From: Dimorphilus gyrociliatus
Taxonomy: Eukaryota > Animalia > Annelida
Reading direction: 5' to 3'
NCBI GenBank assembly: GCA_904063045.1
Contig: CAJFCJ010000005.1
Span: 3,032,165-3,096,164, forward strand
DNA: 64,000 bases
Shown here: piece after piece, positions 63,477 through 64,000 of the stretch
Position numbering within the stretch: the first letter of the stretch is position 1
How the letters are laid out: every line of letters begins with the position of its first letter
Made by a program: the position numbers and the translations under genes
Notes under the pieces: model-generated
The model's input: only the letters and a program-made list of their open reading frames with translations
What the model was told of the DNA's origin: nothing
Databases searched by the model: none

Positions 63477-63644
63477 ACAACGCCATTGCAAACTTTCGTT
63501 ATACGTAATTTATCAATTAAATAAAAATTACCGATATGAGTTTGTCTCCGTTTGAAGATTTAATAAAAGAATGAGATCAGCACTGGAAAAAGTTTGGTAC
63601 TCTTGTCAACGAAATCTGAAATATAATAGCCAGCAAACATGTTA

Positions 63645-63880
63645 TTAAACATTGTCTACATCAAATATTAGGTTATTTTCTTTGAAGTAGATATTAGTAC
63701 AATGCTTTGAAGTTATTCTGCTGCCTCTGAATTCCTTCACGTACATAAAAATTAACGTATGACTATAATTATCATAGTTAATTAAAGTTTGATATATATC
63801 AAACTCACTGTTCATGAAGATGTTAATCTGCAATATGAATCATTTTACTCTCTGAAGATGAATGAGTCAACAATCACCCA
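63645..63880 (-). CDS. Possible 3' exons of a gene entering from the right edge
   Basis: Acceptor-like ttgcag precedes an open 60-codon stretch (INIFMNSEFDIYQ...FDVDNV*), with a possible upstream donor near 63850. No homology recognised. Confidence 0.25.
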
Positions 63881-64000
63881 TTTCGAAAACACACAAAGTA
63901 TACTTAATAAAAAATATCTTATTAAGCAAATATTGAAATTAAAAAATTGAATATGATTTTTGATTTCAAAATTAGAAGAAGTAAATTTCTAGACAAATAA

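Noticed and set aside
1-64000. Search by eye for tRNA, rRNA, CRISPR arrays, LTR/TIR elements and transposase or reverse-transcriptase ORFs
   Set aside because: None recognised. tRNAscan-SE, Infernal and RepeatModeler would be needed to exclude small or degenerate elements.

Overview
AT-rich, gene-dense eukaryotic (animal) genomic DNA with very short introns, typically 50-90 nt. The compactness suggests a miniaturised invertebrate genome such as the annelid Dimorphilus (inference only). About 15 protein-coding genes can be assembled by eye: an EGF/VMO1 fusion, a tandem pair of H-NOX soluble guanylyl cyclase subunits, a GABA-B-type GPCR, an EF-hand/WD40 gene, an orphan spliced gene, HERC2, an orphan type I membrane protein, a small 4-TM protein, CDIPT, AFG1L, two tandem mGluR-like class C GPCRs, UPF1, MRPS17 and MCCC1. 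Highlights: (1) a three-level nested locus, with an orphan gene inside an intron of the WD40 gene, itself inside a 6.3-kb intron of the GABA-B gene; (2) a tandem sGC pair with complementary but partly degenerate catalytic residues, both keeping the heme-ligating His; (3) two class C GPCR paralogs with divergent ligand-binding domains but a ~99.6% identical 1175-bp CRD/7TM block that includes an intron; (4) a UIM-like motif appended after the HERC2 HECT domain. No rRNA, tRNA, CRISPR or clear transposon was recognised. All exon boundaries were inferred manually and need RNA-seq confirmation.
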